Virus record (IMG/VR): IMGVR_UViG_3300043344_000002
Coordinates: 1 to 64,000 of that record
Direction: 5' to 3' (one strand)
From: a virus
Taxonomy: Duplodnaviria > Caudoviricetes
DNA: 64,000 nt
Shown: piece by piece, positions 46,315 through 55,937 of the stretch
How the letters are laid out: each line of letters begins with the position of its first letter
Numbering within the stretch: the stretch's first letter is position 1
The notes under the pieces: model-generated
What the model was told of the DNA's origin: nothing
Database searches by the model: none
What the model saw: only the letters and a program-made list of their open reading frames with translations
Translations under genes and position numbers: made by a program

Positions 46315-46687
46315 TGAAATCCCTGAGATGATTCGCAGCTACCATGAGAAGAACAGGGCGCGGCTCGCTCTCTCACTGGACATTCCGATGGAGGGGTTCA
46401 AGCGAACGCATGTCGTAAGCTATGAGTCGTTGAACGTCTCGTTGACGGATGAGCTGGTTCGAAGGTGTTATGATGAGGGGATGATTAGCGAGGATAGGGA
46501 ACGGGTCCTCGTTATGGGAGGATGGATTCGAATAGTCGGAGGTGAGAGACGAGTAAGTGACGCACTAGGAGATAGACCAGTGCAGCGAGAGACCAAGGAG
46601 AGGCAAGGTGGAGGTGCGAAGCGCCAAGCGCCACTCACTGGACCTAGGCGAGCCGCTTTTACACGGAGAGGAAAGGACGACACGTGA
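46283..46687 (+). CDS. hypothetical protein
   Basis: RBS GGGGGAGG. Confidence 0.4.
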   Translation: MTRMAIVGLIDEIPEMIRSYHEKNRARLALSLDIPMEGFKRTHVVSYESLNVSLTDELVRRCYDEGMISEDRERVLVMGGWIRIVGGERRVSDALGDRPVQRETKERQGGGAKRQAPLTGPRRAAFTRRGKDDT

Positions 46688-46959
46688 CTGAACCTAGGCT
46701 AGGCGAGTCTAGTTGGCGAGTCGTAGATCGTGTCCTAGTTGAGCACGCACGGCGAGCTGACGCTCTGCAAGAGCAGCTGACGGCACATGCCGAAATGCAC
46801 GAGATTCTGAATCGTCGCATTAACACGCTCCACGAGTACCGTGAAGCACGAGATCGTGAAGATGCTACGCGAGATAAGCGCATTGAGAAGCTCGTCGAGC
46901 GACTGGACCGTGCCTACACGAAGATCCACAACATTGAGCGAAAGCTGAGGGAGACGTAA
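46684..46959 (+). CDS. coiled-coil hypothetical protein
   Basis: RBS AAGGA; heptad pattern. Confidence 0.5.
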   Translation: MTEPRLGESSWRVVDRVLVEHARRADALQEQLTAHAEMHEILNRRINTLHEYREARDREDATRDKRIEKLVERLDRAYTKIHNIERKLRET

Positions 46960-47127
46960 GTGACATGGCATGACACGCGCATCTGCGCACAGGAGAAGAA
47001 GTTTTCAGTGACGATGTGGTTCTGCATCGGACTTAGTATGGGACTCGTAGCACGAAGCATTAGTAGGCGAGTGCGGCGCGCCTGAGTGGCAATTGTCCTG
47101 CTGTTTGTTAAGAGAGTAGGAGAGGCA

Positions 47128-47550
47128 ATGCAGATCCGTAAGATGACTGTTGACGAAATGAACGAGTTCCTGACACAACCGCTGGTCGCAGTGTTCGCAG
47201 TGAACGAGTCCTTTAAGGCTCCGCACCAGACGCCGGTATGGTTTCGGTATGACGCGAAGTCGGGATTGTTTTACGTTATGAGCAAGAGCGACTCCAAGAA
47301 GATGCGACTACTCAGGGAGCTTCGCTCACATGACTCGATCTCACTGTGCATTCAGGTCAGTGAGGGCGCCACTGCGAAATACGTGAACATGAGTGGTGAT
47401 GTTTCTTTGGAGCCACTCATGCCGCACACAGTGGAGGAGTTCGCCATGAAGTACCTATCTCCTATTCACCGTGAGGCATACGTGGCCAGCACTCCCGAGG
47501 ACACGCTTCTGATCATCGAGCCGACTAAGATTATCACTGGAGTGATTTGA
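47128..47550 (+). CDS. pyridoxamine-5'-phosphate-oxidase-like split-barrel protein
   Basis: EFL....A.......PH.TPVWF.YD, S.K.R.L and KY motifs. Confidence 0.75.
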   Translation: MQIRKMTVDEMNEFLTQPLVAVFAVNESFKAPHQTPVWFRYDAKSGLFYVMSKSDSKKMRLLRELRSHDSISLCIQVSEGATAKYVNMSGDVSLEPLMPHTVEEFAMKYLSPIHREAYVASTPEDTLLIIEPTKIITGVI

Positions 47551-47818
47551 GTGGATGACGTAGTTATGTTGGAGACACAAGCTGACTACCCCGTGCCATG
47601 GTGGTGTTGGGTGATTATGGCTGTGGTTGGTGTAGCTCTAGCGAGTTTGATCTCGCTACTGGCTTTCGTCGGACGGCCGCTGGAATGACAGAATTGCACT
47701 GGTCTATCGGAGACCACGATGAAGATGAAGAAGTCGTCACGCCATGTGGCTGGTGTCAGGAACCTGATGGTGACAACTGCCGGTGCTACGTTGAGCTTGA
47801 TGAAGAGGAGTACGAACG

Positions 47819-48505
47819 ATGAAGGTTGATCTGCTCGCGTTCACGGCCATCACGCCTACCGCACTCGAGGTTCTGGAGTATCAGCGAGGAACGGCAGCGG
47901 CCGACCACCTTGCGGAACTCGGGGGGCGCGAATGCTACCAATCTTTTCACCGGCCTAACTCGAAGACGGCCGAGAACAAAGACTACCTACGACACATCCT
48001 CGAGATCGATCACACGTCGATCATGGAACACAGCAGTGCGACGTTCCGTCTCACGGAGGTGAGTCGAAACCTGCTTGTGGAGCTGACTCGGCACAGGCAC
48101 CTCTCGTTCTCGGTCCAGTCGCAACGTTACGTTGATGAGTCATACGGGCAGATGATCATCCCGCCCGACATCATGGGAAATGCGGCGCTCTCTGGACTTG
48201 TGGAGAAGATCGATCACTTCCACCAGGACGCGAAGATTCTTTACGATGAGATCGTCGACACGATGATGAAAGAGGGCTACAAGCGTAAGCAGGCGAGGCA
48301 GGCGGCCAGGGCCGTGCTCCCCGGTGGACACGAGACACGCATCATCGTCACGGGAAACATCAGGGCGTGGCGACACGTGATCCACATGCGCTTTAGCGAG
48401 CACGCTGACGTGGAGATTCGCGAGATGGCCGGAAAGATTCTTGCGCACTTGCGCGTCATCGCGCCGAACCAGATGCAGGACATCAGCAGCGATCCTCGTC
48501 AGTGA
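47819..48505 (+). CDS. thyX: flavin-dependent thymidylate synthase
   Basis: GRECY.S, H.SI.EH, ELTRHRHLSFSVQSQRYV, AR.VLP and HAD.EIR motifs. Confidence 0.95.
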   Translation: MKVDLLAFTAITPTALEVLEYQRGTAAADHLAELGGRECYQSFHRPNSKTAENKDYLRHILEIDHTSIMEHSSATFRLTEVSRNLLVELTRHRHLSFSVQSQRYVDESYGQMIIPPDIMGNAALSGLVEKIDHFHQDAKILYDEIVDTMMKEGYKRKQARQAARAVLPGGHETRIIVTGNIRAWRHVIHMRFSEHADVEIREMAGKILAHLRVIAPNQMQDISSDPRQ

Positions 48506-49115
48506 AAAGACCTGATAGGATCAGGCAATGAACGCTCCGTGGTGGATCTTTCCGTTGATTTTCGTAGTGTCATATCTTGTGTGCTACCTCATCATTCGAT
48601 GGGTAGGCAAGCGACGATGAGGGGACAAGAAGATGCACTGGATCACTGCATTGGTCATCGGCATCGCAGTGGGCGTACTTGCTATGCTCGCGTACATATG
48701 GTGGGAGTTTAAGGACATGTGGCGATGAAGGCCATCACGTTTGACGTGAAATACTGGCTCGGGCTTCAGGGTAATAAGCCGATGCGCGTCGCCACGGTTC
48801 ACGGTGCGAGGTTCATCGAAACGGTGAAGGATTTGCTCTCGGATCCCACGATCCAGGGCGTTCAGATCACCATCGAGAAGGAGCACGGGAGGGAGTACAT
48901 CTGATGACACGGAAAGAGTTCTTGCGGCAGGCCACGATCCTGTACATCGATGGGGTGACGGACATCCTGGGACTGATGGTCCTACGAAGGTTACGATATA
49001 GGCTCGCCTTTGGCACATGGTGTAAGCACCACTCGTGGACGCCGTGGGAGAAGTTTGGCGACCACTGGAAGAAGATTCGGCAGTGTGAAGGTTGCTGCAT
49101 TAGGGAGACGAAGTA

Positions 49116-49475
49116 GTGGGCTGGTGTAGTGGAACACAGGTGTTTGATGCGGCGATGGAGATCATCGAGAAGGTGGTGAAGGAGTTCTCCGGTCCAGCGG
49201 CTGGAGAGCAGAGCATCACCGATTACGTCGACGATCTCATCCGCGATGACGTGAGAAAGTTTGCGCAGTTCTTGCGTGATCAGGATTGGGATTGCACGAG
49301 TGAGTCCGAGTACTACGAGCGCTTCGCCCAAGAGATCGAGGGGTGGACGGACGACGAGTACTACGACTACCTGAAGGAATCGCTTCGCGAGGAGTACAGC
49401 GGTGTGAAGTACGAGAAGTTCCTCGCGTTTAAGGCGAAGATCGGCAGGACTGGTGAGATCACACCTCACGCGTAA
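49116..49475 (+). CDS. hypothetical protein
   Basis: MGW.SG..VFD and DWDC..ES.Y motifs. Confidence 0.55.
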   Translation: MGWCSGTQVFDAAMEIIEKVVKEFSGPAAGEQSITDYVDDLIRDDVRKFAQFLRDQDWDCTSESEYYERFAQEIEGWTDDEYYDYLKESLREEYSGVKYEKFLAFKAKIGRTGEITPHA

Positions 49476-50175
49476 TGGTGCGACGGTCTCACTAGACCCT
49501 GCGGACTACATCCTACAGGGGCACAAGGAACGGACGATCCTGCTCATTGAGCGAGTGGTGGAGTACGCCGAGAACGCGGACGAGCCATTCACACGCACGC
49601 AGTGCTGGCGCGTGTGTTACGGGCACTACAGCGCGGTGAGTCAGACGCTACTCTCGCTGATCAGGGCAGGACTCGTCGTCATCATTGACCCGAAGCGCAG
49701 CCCGCAGTACCTCATTAGCGTGGATAAGTTGAAGGAGTATGATGGAAGAAGTAGACGAAGTAGATGAAGTGGAAGAAGTAGATACGCCTAAGCGCTCGCG
49801 CACGCTGACGTGGATGCTGAGCGTACTGGTAACGTTCCTCGCGGTCGATGTCGTCTTGATGATCGTGTACATCACGAAGGAAGTGGGTGCACGGTGATGT
49901 GGCCCTACTGGCTCGCCGGATACGTGGTTCTCGCTATCATTCTCGACCGTGTTGGCACGTACGCATTCTTCCGGTTGCTTGCTAAGAGGCGCCGAAAGTG
50001 TGGAGATGATGCCACGTTAACGTTGAGTGTACGCGCGGTGCACCTTCACGCGCGCACACGCGATGGACAAACCATCGACATGACGTCGGGTTGGTGGTAG
50101 TGCGTCGGCAAACGCAATGATGAGACTTATGATACAGTTAGTCTTGCACTACCCGTAGGAACCTAGGAGAGCACG

Positions 50176-50415
50176 ATGCAGCAGTTGTGGTCATGGGGTC
50201 TCATGGTTGTCGGAGTCACCGGCTTATTTCTCGCCGGGCGAGGCGGTTGGCTTGGGTGGGCGATCGGCATCTTCGCCCAGCTCCTCTGGTTCGCGTACGC
50301 GCTGGTGACGAAGCAGTACGGCTTCATCGTCTCGGCGATCGCGTACGGCGCGGTGAACGTGGTCAACCTTCGTAAAGCGATCGTGAAGCAACGCGAGGCT
50401 GACACGCGGGAGTAG
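50176..50415 (+). CDS. small PnuC-like membrane protein
   Basis: Three TM segments; GW..G...Q.LW..YA..T.QYGF. Confidence 0.6.
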   Translation: MQQLWSWGLMVVGVTGLFLAGRGGWLGWAIGIFAQLLWFAYALVTKQYGFIVSAIAYGAVNVVNLRKAIVKQREADTRE

Positions 50416-50422
50416 TCGACAG

Positions 50423-50458
50423 GAGAGTGGGAGGGACGAAAGTTCCTCCCACTTTCTC
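50423..50458 (+). terminator. intrinsic terminator
   Basis: GAGAGTGGGAGGGAC-GAAA-GTTCCTCCCACTTTC. Confidence 0.7.
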
Positions 50459-50526
50459 ATTTACATTAATATGAACGCGTGATACTGTAGTCTTACAGGC
50501 AAAACGGCGAGACACAGGAGAGAACG

Positions 50527-50766
50527 ATGACTCACGTTAACTACGTCGCGCAGATCGTCCAGACCGCGCAGGTTCCCGGCACTCAGGTGATTATCACCAT
50601 CAGCGAGATGATCAACGGTCACTGGAACGTCATGACCACTCGCCAAGCTGGCATTTTCGAGAACGCACGCAACATCGACTTTCGCTCGAACGAGGAGGAC
50701 AATGCACGCGCGTGCGCGAATAGCCTGTGGATGACGGCGGTCGCGAAGCGCGACGCACTTGTCTAA
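50527..50766 (+). CDS. small hypothetical protein (paralogue of 51373-51672)
   Basis: Own promoter and RBS; shared VPGT.V.I.I.....G.W.V..T.Q.GI motif. Confidence 0.65.
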   Translation: MTHVNYVAQIVQTAQVPGTQVIITISEMINGHWNVMTTRQAGIFENARNIDFRSNEEDNARACANSLWMTAVAKRDALV

Positions 50767-50773
50767 CTTACAG

Positions 50774-50814
50774 GTGATGCTGGCAGCCACCTGGGTTCGA
50801 GGCCCGGGGTCACA
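50774..50814 (+). ncRNA. mini tRNA-like element (acceptor-like stem plus T arm)
   Basis: GTGAT..GCTGGCAGC..CTGGG-TTCGAGG-CCCGG-GGTCAC-A. Confidence 0.4.
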
Positions 50815-50985
50815 CTTTTTCGCACAGCTTAGGAGAGCATCATGATGAACGTCATTGGCCTGATCATCCTCTTCACGGTTCTCGCACTCTCGCTCTGGCT
50901 CTTCCTCTTCTCACGCGGTGATGGTCTCGCGGGCCGGATTATCGACTGGTTCGGCTCGCTATTCGGCTGCTGACACGCACGCATC

Positions 50986-51016
50986 GTGGGAGATTCCTCT
51001 TGGGATCTCCCACTTT
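50986..51016 (+). terminator. intrinsic terminator
   Basis: GTGGGAGATTCC-TCTT-GGGATCTCCCAC-TTT. Confidence 0.7.
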
Positions 51017-51088
51017 GTCGTTTGCATAAGTCTTGGCACCTAGTAAAATTGTCTTACAAGCACAGCAACGCACAACGCGGGAGACGAA

Positions 51089-51289
51089 ATGATCACGAGC
51101 AGCATCGCCCGTCACGACATCACGCTCATGGGTTCGCTCATCGGCGAGGGCTTCGGCATCGAGAACGCCGAGGACCGAGCGCGTGATCTCTCACTGAGCG
51201 CCTTCACGGGTCGCCTCATCAGGGTGATGGACGAGTCCGGGCTTGACGTGATCGCCGAGTTCCGCAACGGCGAGAAGCTCGCTGCATAA
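51089..51289 (+). CDS. small hypothetical protein
   Basis: Own promoter and RBS. Confidence 0.6.
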   Translation: MITSSIARHDITLMGSLIGEGFGIENAEDRARDLSLSAFTGRLIRVMDESGLDVIAEFRNGEKLAA

Positions 51290-51372
51290 ATCACGCGTGG
51301 CAGTTTACATAGTCACACGCGTGTGATACGATTAGTTTACGCACGACAACTACATAGCCTTAGGAGCCTCAC

Positions 51373-51672
51373 ATGAAGGAGAACACTTCCATCACGGTCC
51401 CCGGAACGACCGTGAAGATTGAGATCATGAAGACGATGGAGGGCGGGTGGAAGGTCACTCGCACCGCGCAGCTTGGCATCGCACGGCGGGTTGATGTCAC
51501 GTTTCCCGCTGACTCACGAGAAGCAGCGAAGGTGTTTGCCGACATCTGCTGGACCAACGCGGTGGACGCTCGTAACGAACAGATCGCACGCGCGGACGCG
51601 GACGCGTACGCTGGCTTTCACCGCGCGCAGGCGCGCAACTCGTTTATCATCGAAGTACGCTTCGATGATTAA
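51373..51672 (+). CDS. small hypothetical protein
   Basis: Own promoter and RBS. Confidence 0.65.
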   Translation: MKENTSITVPGTTVKIEIMKTMEGGWKVTRTAQLGIARRVDVTFPADSREAAKVFADICWTNAVDARNEQIARADADAYAGFHRAQARNSFIIEVRFDD

Positions 51673-51751
51673 TCATGTTGCTTGTTTACATGAGTGTGGT
51701 GATGTGATAGATTTGTCTTAATAGGAAAGCATTACTCTGAAGGAGAGCATC

Positions 51752-52156
51752 ATGAGTATCGTGGACATCCCACTCATGGACGTTAGCTGGAACCGTGGAG
51801 TGTACGTGGACGGCGCTCCCTCCACGTGGGGCACCACGCCGGTTGTTACGATGGCTCACCAGCTGCTCGCTGACCTCCGGGGTGCGATTCGCCACGGTGT
51901 GATTTCGGCGGATGTGGACATCACGATCGCGACGCACGTCGTCGACGGCATGAACATGGTGATCGTGCGGATCAAGTCGGACAACGAGTTGCTCGGAATG
52001 CACCAGTTCCGCAAGATGCTCGGCGACTTTGTGCGTGAGCTGATGACGAGGCGCGCGACGCAGCATCACTTTACGGGAATTCTCAACTACTACGGTCTCG
52101 TCGCCCTCGTGAAGAGTGATGACACCGTCGTTGAGAGCTTTAACCACTTCATGTGA
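51752..52156 (+). CDS. hypothetical protein
   Basis: Own promoter and RBS. Confidence 0.65.
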   Translation: MSIVDIPLMDVSWNRGVYVDGAPSTWGTTPVVTMAHQLLADLRGAIRHGVISADVDITIATHVVDGMNMVIVRIKSDNELLGMHQFRKMLGDFVRELMTRRATQHHFTGILNYYGLVALVKSDDTVVESFNHFM

Positions 52157-52230
52157 TTGCTTGTTTACACGATCACATAAGCGTGATAGATTTATCTTAG
52201 CACGCCGACTACCTCAAAATCTAGGAGAGC

Positions 52231-52464
52231 ATGATGCTGACGATCGCCGAGACCCTCGAACTCGCCGCCGGTGAATCTTACGTCCGCATCACGTTCAAGA
52301 ATGGCCGAGTTGCGATCGGCTCGGTTCGGCTCTGCAACTACCGTTTCGTCGAGGGTAAGGGTTGGGGCTACCAGGGCGGGTGGAGTGACATCGTGCTGAC
52401 GCGTAAGTCGGGTAGCTCCGCGCGGATGCCGCTCACGGTGATGGCCAGCGTTGAGCTCGTTTGA
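52231..52464 (+). CDS. small hypothetical protein
   Basis: Own promoter and RBS. Confidence 0.65.
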   Translation: MMLTIAETLELAAGESYVRITFKNGRVAIGSVRLCNYRFVEGKGWGYQGGWSDIVLTRKSGSSARMPLTVMASVELV

Positions 52465-52505
52465 TTTCGTTCATCATCGAAGTACGCTTTGACTAGGAGA
52501 GCACC

Positions 52506-52715
52506 ATGATTTACATCGTCACGTTCGCCGACGAGCACGGCGAGAGCAAGACGTTGACCGCCAACACCGACATCCCGTTCGACGAGCACGAGGGTCGCAT
52601 CGATGAGATCATCGTCGCGGCACAGTCGACTGACCCGAGCGTCGACTGGAACTCTGCGTCTCTTTCGTGGGAACCGATCATCATCGAACGCGACGGCATC
52701 GTCATCTGGGAGTGA
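52506..52715 (+). CDS. small acidic protein
   Basis: RBS TAGGAGAG. Confidence 0.65.
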   Translation: MIYIVTFADEHGESKTLTANTDIPFDEHEGRIDEIIVAAQSTDPSVDWNSASLSWEPIIIERDGIVIWE

Positions 52716-52809
52716 CGAGAACTTCTCCACATTGCTTGTTTACACGAGCACAGGATCCTGCTAGATTTATCATATCACCACGAACCACCCCGGATCTTAG
52801 GAGAACACG

Positions 52810-53076
52810 ATGACGATCGCCACCACGACCCGCTTCACCCCCAAGAAGACCGGCGCTGGCGACTTCATCTGGGTGGGCATCGACAGCAAGTCCTACGCGC
52901 TGATCGGGATGGGCACCACGAGCCGGGTCCAGGTCGACAGCCGCCGCGAGATGAAGGTCTCGAAGAGCGCGTCCGGTAAGGGCTGGGACTTGATCATCGA
53001 CGGCGAGGTGCTCGACACGTACCGCCTGAAGGTCGACGCCCAGTGGGACGGCATCGAGTACATCACCGCGCCCTGA
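52810..53076 (+). CDS. small hypothetical protein
   Basis: Own promoter and RBS; GC-rich third positions. Confidence 0.7.
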   Translation: MTIATTTRFTPKKTGAGDFIWVGIDSKSYALIGMGTTSRVQVDSRREMKVSKSASGKGWDLIIDGEVLDTYRLKVDAQWDGIEYITAP

Positions 53077-53126
53077 TCTTCACCACATCGTTTCACATCA
53101 CGCGCAATCGATCTTAGGAGAGCACG

Positions 53127-53387
53127 ATGAGCAAGAGCACGTACATCGTTCAGGTCTACGTCAACAAGCGTTACATCACCGTCGCGTCGGGCATGCACAG
53201 CATCTCCACCGCGTTCGACAAGTTCACCGCGTTCAACCGTACGGGTGACCTCATGAGCGTCTCCACCGGACGTTCCATCGACTCGTTCGCGGACCGCCCG
53301 ACGCGCCTCGTCTCCATCCCGTCCGACACCGGTAAGACGATCGTCCTACGCAAGGGCCGCACCGCGGCGGAGAAGATCGCCGCGTAG
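53127..53387 (+). CDS. small hypothetical protein
   Basis: RBS TAGGAGAGCACGATG. Confidence 0.7.
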   Translation: MSKSTYIVQVYVNKRYITVASGMHSISTAFDKFTAFNRTGDLMSVSTGRSIDSFADRPTRLVSIPSDTGKTIVLRKGRTAAEKIAA

Positions 53388-53466
53388 CTCGCTTGGCAGC
53401 CCGTGCGTGCGCTCGCAGATCGGCGCACGGGCACTCATATTGCTTCGACTGTTAGGACGAATCATC

Positions 53467-53601
53467 ATGGGTATCGCAGAAGACAAAGCGGCAGAGGCCA
53501 AGAAGGCCGAAGATGCGGAACGCGCTGAGACGGAGGCTAGGATCAAGAAGTTACGTGATGAAGCAGAGCAGAAGCTTGACCAGGACTGGAACAAAGACTG
53601 A
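53467..53601 (+). CDS. 44-aa charged helical peptide
   Basis: MGIAEDKAAEAKKAEDAERAE...; RBS TAGGA. Confidence 0.5.
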   Translation: MGIAEDKAAEAKKAEDAERAETEARIKKLRDEAEQKLDQDWNKD

Positions 53602-53679
53602 CGAAATATTTACACTTCGTGCGTGATGTGATAGATTTATCTTAACACCACGAAGGCCCCAGGAATCAAGGAGAGCACG

Positions 53680-53925
53680 ATGTACGAGTACAAGGTCACG
53701 TTCAAGCGTGGGGCTGCATCCGACACGTTCATTGTCGACTCGCACATCAACCCGGCGTCCCTCATCCTCGACGTCCACGCCGGCTACTCGTATGGTGACT
53801 ACGAGTACGTGCAGGAGTGCTTGACCGTGCTTCAGAGTCTTGCACGACGTCGCTATGACTTTAGCCCACGGCAGGCGTTCATGCACGTCACGCTGCCCGA
53901 TGGCACGGTCGTCGAGCCGACCTGA
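53680..53925 (+). CDS. small hypothetical protein
   Basis: Own promoter and RBS. Confidence 0.65.
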   Translation: MYEYKVTFKRGAASDTFIVDSHINPASLILDVHAGYSYGDYEYVQECLTVLQSLARRRYDFSPRQAFMHVTLPDGTVVEPT

Positions 53926-53935
53926 TCATCACCCA

Positions 53936-53995
53936 GGACGAAACCCACGGCCGTGAGGTAGCGGGTCCGCCGGTGAAGCCGGTGCTGATGAGTCC
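53936..53995 (+). ncRNA. type II hammerhead ribozyme HH1
   Basis: GGAC-GAA-ACCC...GGGT-C^-CGCCGG TGAAG CCGGTG-CTGATGA-GTCC; predicted cut after 53967. Confidence 0.92.
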
Positions 53996-54012
53996 GATAT
54001 GAGGAGAGTGCG

Positions 54013-54129
54013 ATGCTCCACAAGAACGTGATGAAGATGTCTGGCGGCAAGGAAGACGCGGGCACGGCCGACGCGCGCAAGGAGCTGGAGAAGGAGATCG
54101 AGAAGCTCGAGAAGCAGCAGGGCCAGTAG
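54013..54129 (+). CDS. 38-aa peptide between HH1 and HH2 (not in ORF track)
   Basis: RBS GAGGAGAG; MLHKNVMKMSGGKEDAGTADARKELEKEIEKLEKQQGQ*. Confidence 0.65.
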   Translation: MLHKNVMKMSGGKEDAGTADARKELEKEIEKLEKQQGQ

Positions 54130-54190
54130 GACGAAACGCGCACGCTGGGAAGCGTCCGCGTCCACGGGTAGGGCCCGTGCTGACGAGTCC
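54129..54190 (+). ncRNA. type II hammerhead ribozyme HH2
   Basis: GGAC-GAA-ACGCG..ACGCT GGGA AGCGT..CGCGT-C^-CACGGG TAGGG CCCGTG-CTGACGA-GTCC; cut after 54162. Confidence 0.93.
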
Positions 54191-54202
54191 AGAGGGAGAA
54201 GC

Positions 54203-54388
54203 ATGAAAGAGGCAATTCGTCACCTGCTCGCGGCAGCGATGGAGCTGTCGCCGACGGGAACCGAGCAGGCCGCATTCAGCGCGATCGCCAATCAGGATCG
54301 CCGCCCGGATGACGTCATCGTGATGGATCTCGCAAGCGGGATTCTCACGGGCGTCTCGCACGGCGCCTGGCCGAAGGTGGGCGACTGA
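54203..54388 (+). CDS. ~60-aa helical repeat-domain protein, copy 1
   Basis: LL.AA..L.P...E.A.F......L...I..GVS.G.WP. Confidence 0.65.
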   Translation: MKEAIRHLLAAAMELSPTGTEQAAFSAIANQDRRPDDVIVMDLASGILTGVSHGAWPKVGD

Positions 54389-54810
54389 TGAATGAAGCAG
54401 TACGACTACTACTCGACGCCGCGATGTATGTCGCACCAACGAGTGTCGAGCAGGCGGGGTTCAGCGATCTCGTCAACCGAATGCGGGGTGGCGGCTGCTC
54501 GCAGGACTCCATCGTCATCGAGTTGACGAGTGCCATCTTCGCGGGAGTCTCGCGCGGTGCTTGGCCCACGAGAGACGATAAGTCGATGCCGAAGGAGTCG
54601 GCACTCGAGGTGCTACACATGGCGGCGACGCTGGCCCCCGACGAGACCGCCCGTGCGGGTTTCACCGAGATCATGCGCAAGATGGAGCAGGACAAGAAGT
54701 CCTACGCTGACATCTCGCTCATGCTCATCACGACGGTGAGTGACGGCCTGCGCACAGGCAACTGGCCGAGGGTGGAGGCGAAGGGCAATGGTCGACCAAC
54801 CCGCGCCTAA
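54388..54810 (+). CDS. ~60-aa helical repeat-domain protein, copies 2 and 3
   Basis: Two internal copies ending GVSRGAWP and GLRTGNWP. Confidence 0.7.
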   Translation: MNEAVRLLLDAAMYVAPTSVEQAGFSDLVNRMRGGGCSQDSIVIELTSAIFAGVSRGAWPTRDDKSMPKESALEVLHMAATLAPDETARAGFTEIMRKMEQDKKSYADISLMLITTVSDGLRTGNWPRVEAKGNGRPTRA

Positions 54811-55021
54811 GGAAGCGCCGCGTGTCGCAACGAACCTACTCCTGCGCGCAGCGCTGCTACTCGCACCCGACCAGGCATCGCGCGACTACCTCACGGGTAT
54901 TGTCACGGCCGGTAGGAAGCTCGCCAAGAAGGTGTCTGAGGCCGATGAGGAGAGCATCATTCGGTCTCTCGTCGTTGCACTGGACCAGGGAGTTACGCAT
55001 GGAGCGTGGCAGCGAGACTGA
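54788..55021 (+). CDS. ~60-aa helical repeat-domain protein, copy 4
   Basis: LLLRAALLLAPD...GVTHGAW. Confidence 0.6.
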   Translation: MVDQPAPKEAPRVATNLLLRAALLLAPDQASRDYLTGIVTAGRKLAKKVSEADEESIIRSLVVALDQGVTHGAWQRD

Positions 55022-55175
55022 GCTTAGCTTGACGTTGGCGACTGAACTTAGGGAAGTCGCCGGACACATCAAAGCTAACAGCGTTGCGTGGGGTCGCGTT
55101 ACGTCGCAAGAAGCTGAGCACATCGACTGGGAAGCTGCACTCTTGCGTTCTTGGCACAAGAGAGGCATAGCATAG
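54999..55175 (+). CDS. small hypothetical protein ending on HH3
   Basis: RBS AGGGAG; its TAG overlaps the first G of HH3. Confidence 0.5.
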   Translation: MERGSETELSLTLATELREVAGHIKANSVAWGRVTSQEAEHIDWEAALLRSWHKRGIA

Positions 55176-55231
55176 GACGAAACCCCGTCGGGAGACGGTG
55201 GTCCGTGGTTCTTGACCACGCTGACGAGTCC
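55175..55231 (+). ncRNA. type II hammerhead ribozyme HH3
   Basis: GGAC-GAA-ACC CCGTC GGGA GACGG T GGT-C^-CGTGGT TCTTG ACCACG-CTGACGA-GTCC; cut after 55203. Confidence 0.93.
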
Positions 55232-55287
55232 AGTGAGGGACACACACACATGACTATCATACATTATCACTTATGTCGGGAGATGCG

Positions 55288-55626
55288 ATGAGTGAACGCA
55301 CAGTGATGCAACTTGCCGCGCTGCTCACATCCGCGGCAAACCGAGGAAGTCACAACTTTCTCTTGCCTCAAGAACTCTCCGCACTGCGTGAGGCTGCCGA
55401 CCTGCTCACGCGAATGGCCGAGCTGACGGCGAGCGCTAACCGTGCTCGTCTCACGTCGGCACGGATGTCGAGTCGCGACCAGTTGCTCCTCTGGACCGGC
55501 GACGACAGCATGCGACAGAACGTCGCTGCGTACGCCGAGCAGACCGTCTGTAGTCTTCACTCGGACGTCGAGCGGGGGTCCGAACAGTTCTACTCCTTGG
55601 TGTTGGCGGAGGCACTTAGAAGGTGA
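55288..55626 (+). CDS. hypothetical protein
   Basis: RBS GGGAG. Confidence 0.55.
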   Translation: MSERTVMQLAALLTSAANRGSHNFLLPQELSALREAADLLTRMAELTASANRARLTSARMSSRDQLLLWTGDDSMRQNVAAYAEQTVCSLHSDVERGSEQFYSLVLAEALRR

Positions 55627-55691
55627 CTGGCGTCGTTGTACACGATCACGCTAGCCTGATACTGTAGTCTTACCAACACAGCAGCATGTGA

Positions 55692-55937
55692 ATGAAGGAG
55701 AGCACCATACACGCACTCACCCTGGACGTCTGCTTCGGGTCGGACGAAGAGGTCACCGACGTGGTCGACGCGCTGGTGCACGAGACCGACGTGACGGCCG
55801 ACTTCACCGGCGTTCACGTGGCCGGTGGCTGGCCTGAGATCAAGTTCTCCGGCACGCAGGAGGACCTGATCGTCGTGGCCAACCGCTACGCCGCTGACTC
55901 GGGCGACACGAACGAGATCATCTCTCGCATCGTGTGA
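55692..55937 (+). CDS. small acidic protein (GGWP.I.FSG motif)
   Basis: Own promoter; the RBS precedes an in-frame ATA at 55707. Confidence 0.6.
   Translation: MKESTIHALTLDVCFGSDEEVTDVVDALVHETDVTADFTGVHVAGGWPEIKFSGTQEDLIVVANRYAADSGDTNEIISRIV

Noticed and set aside
53398-53470. Sixth hammerhead (hairpin plus TAGGACGAA)
   Set aside because: No GAAAC, GUC or CUGAnGA in the right order; only a hairpin and an RBS
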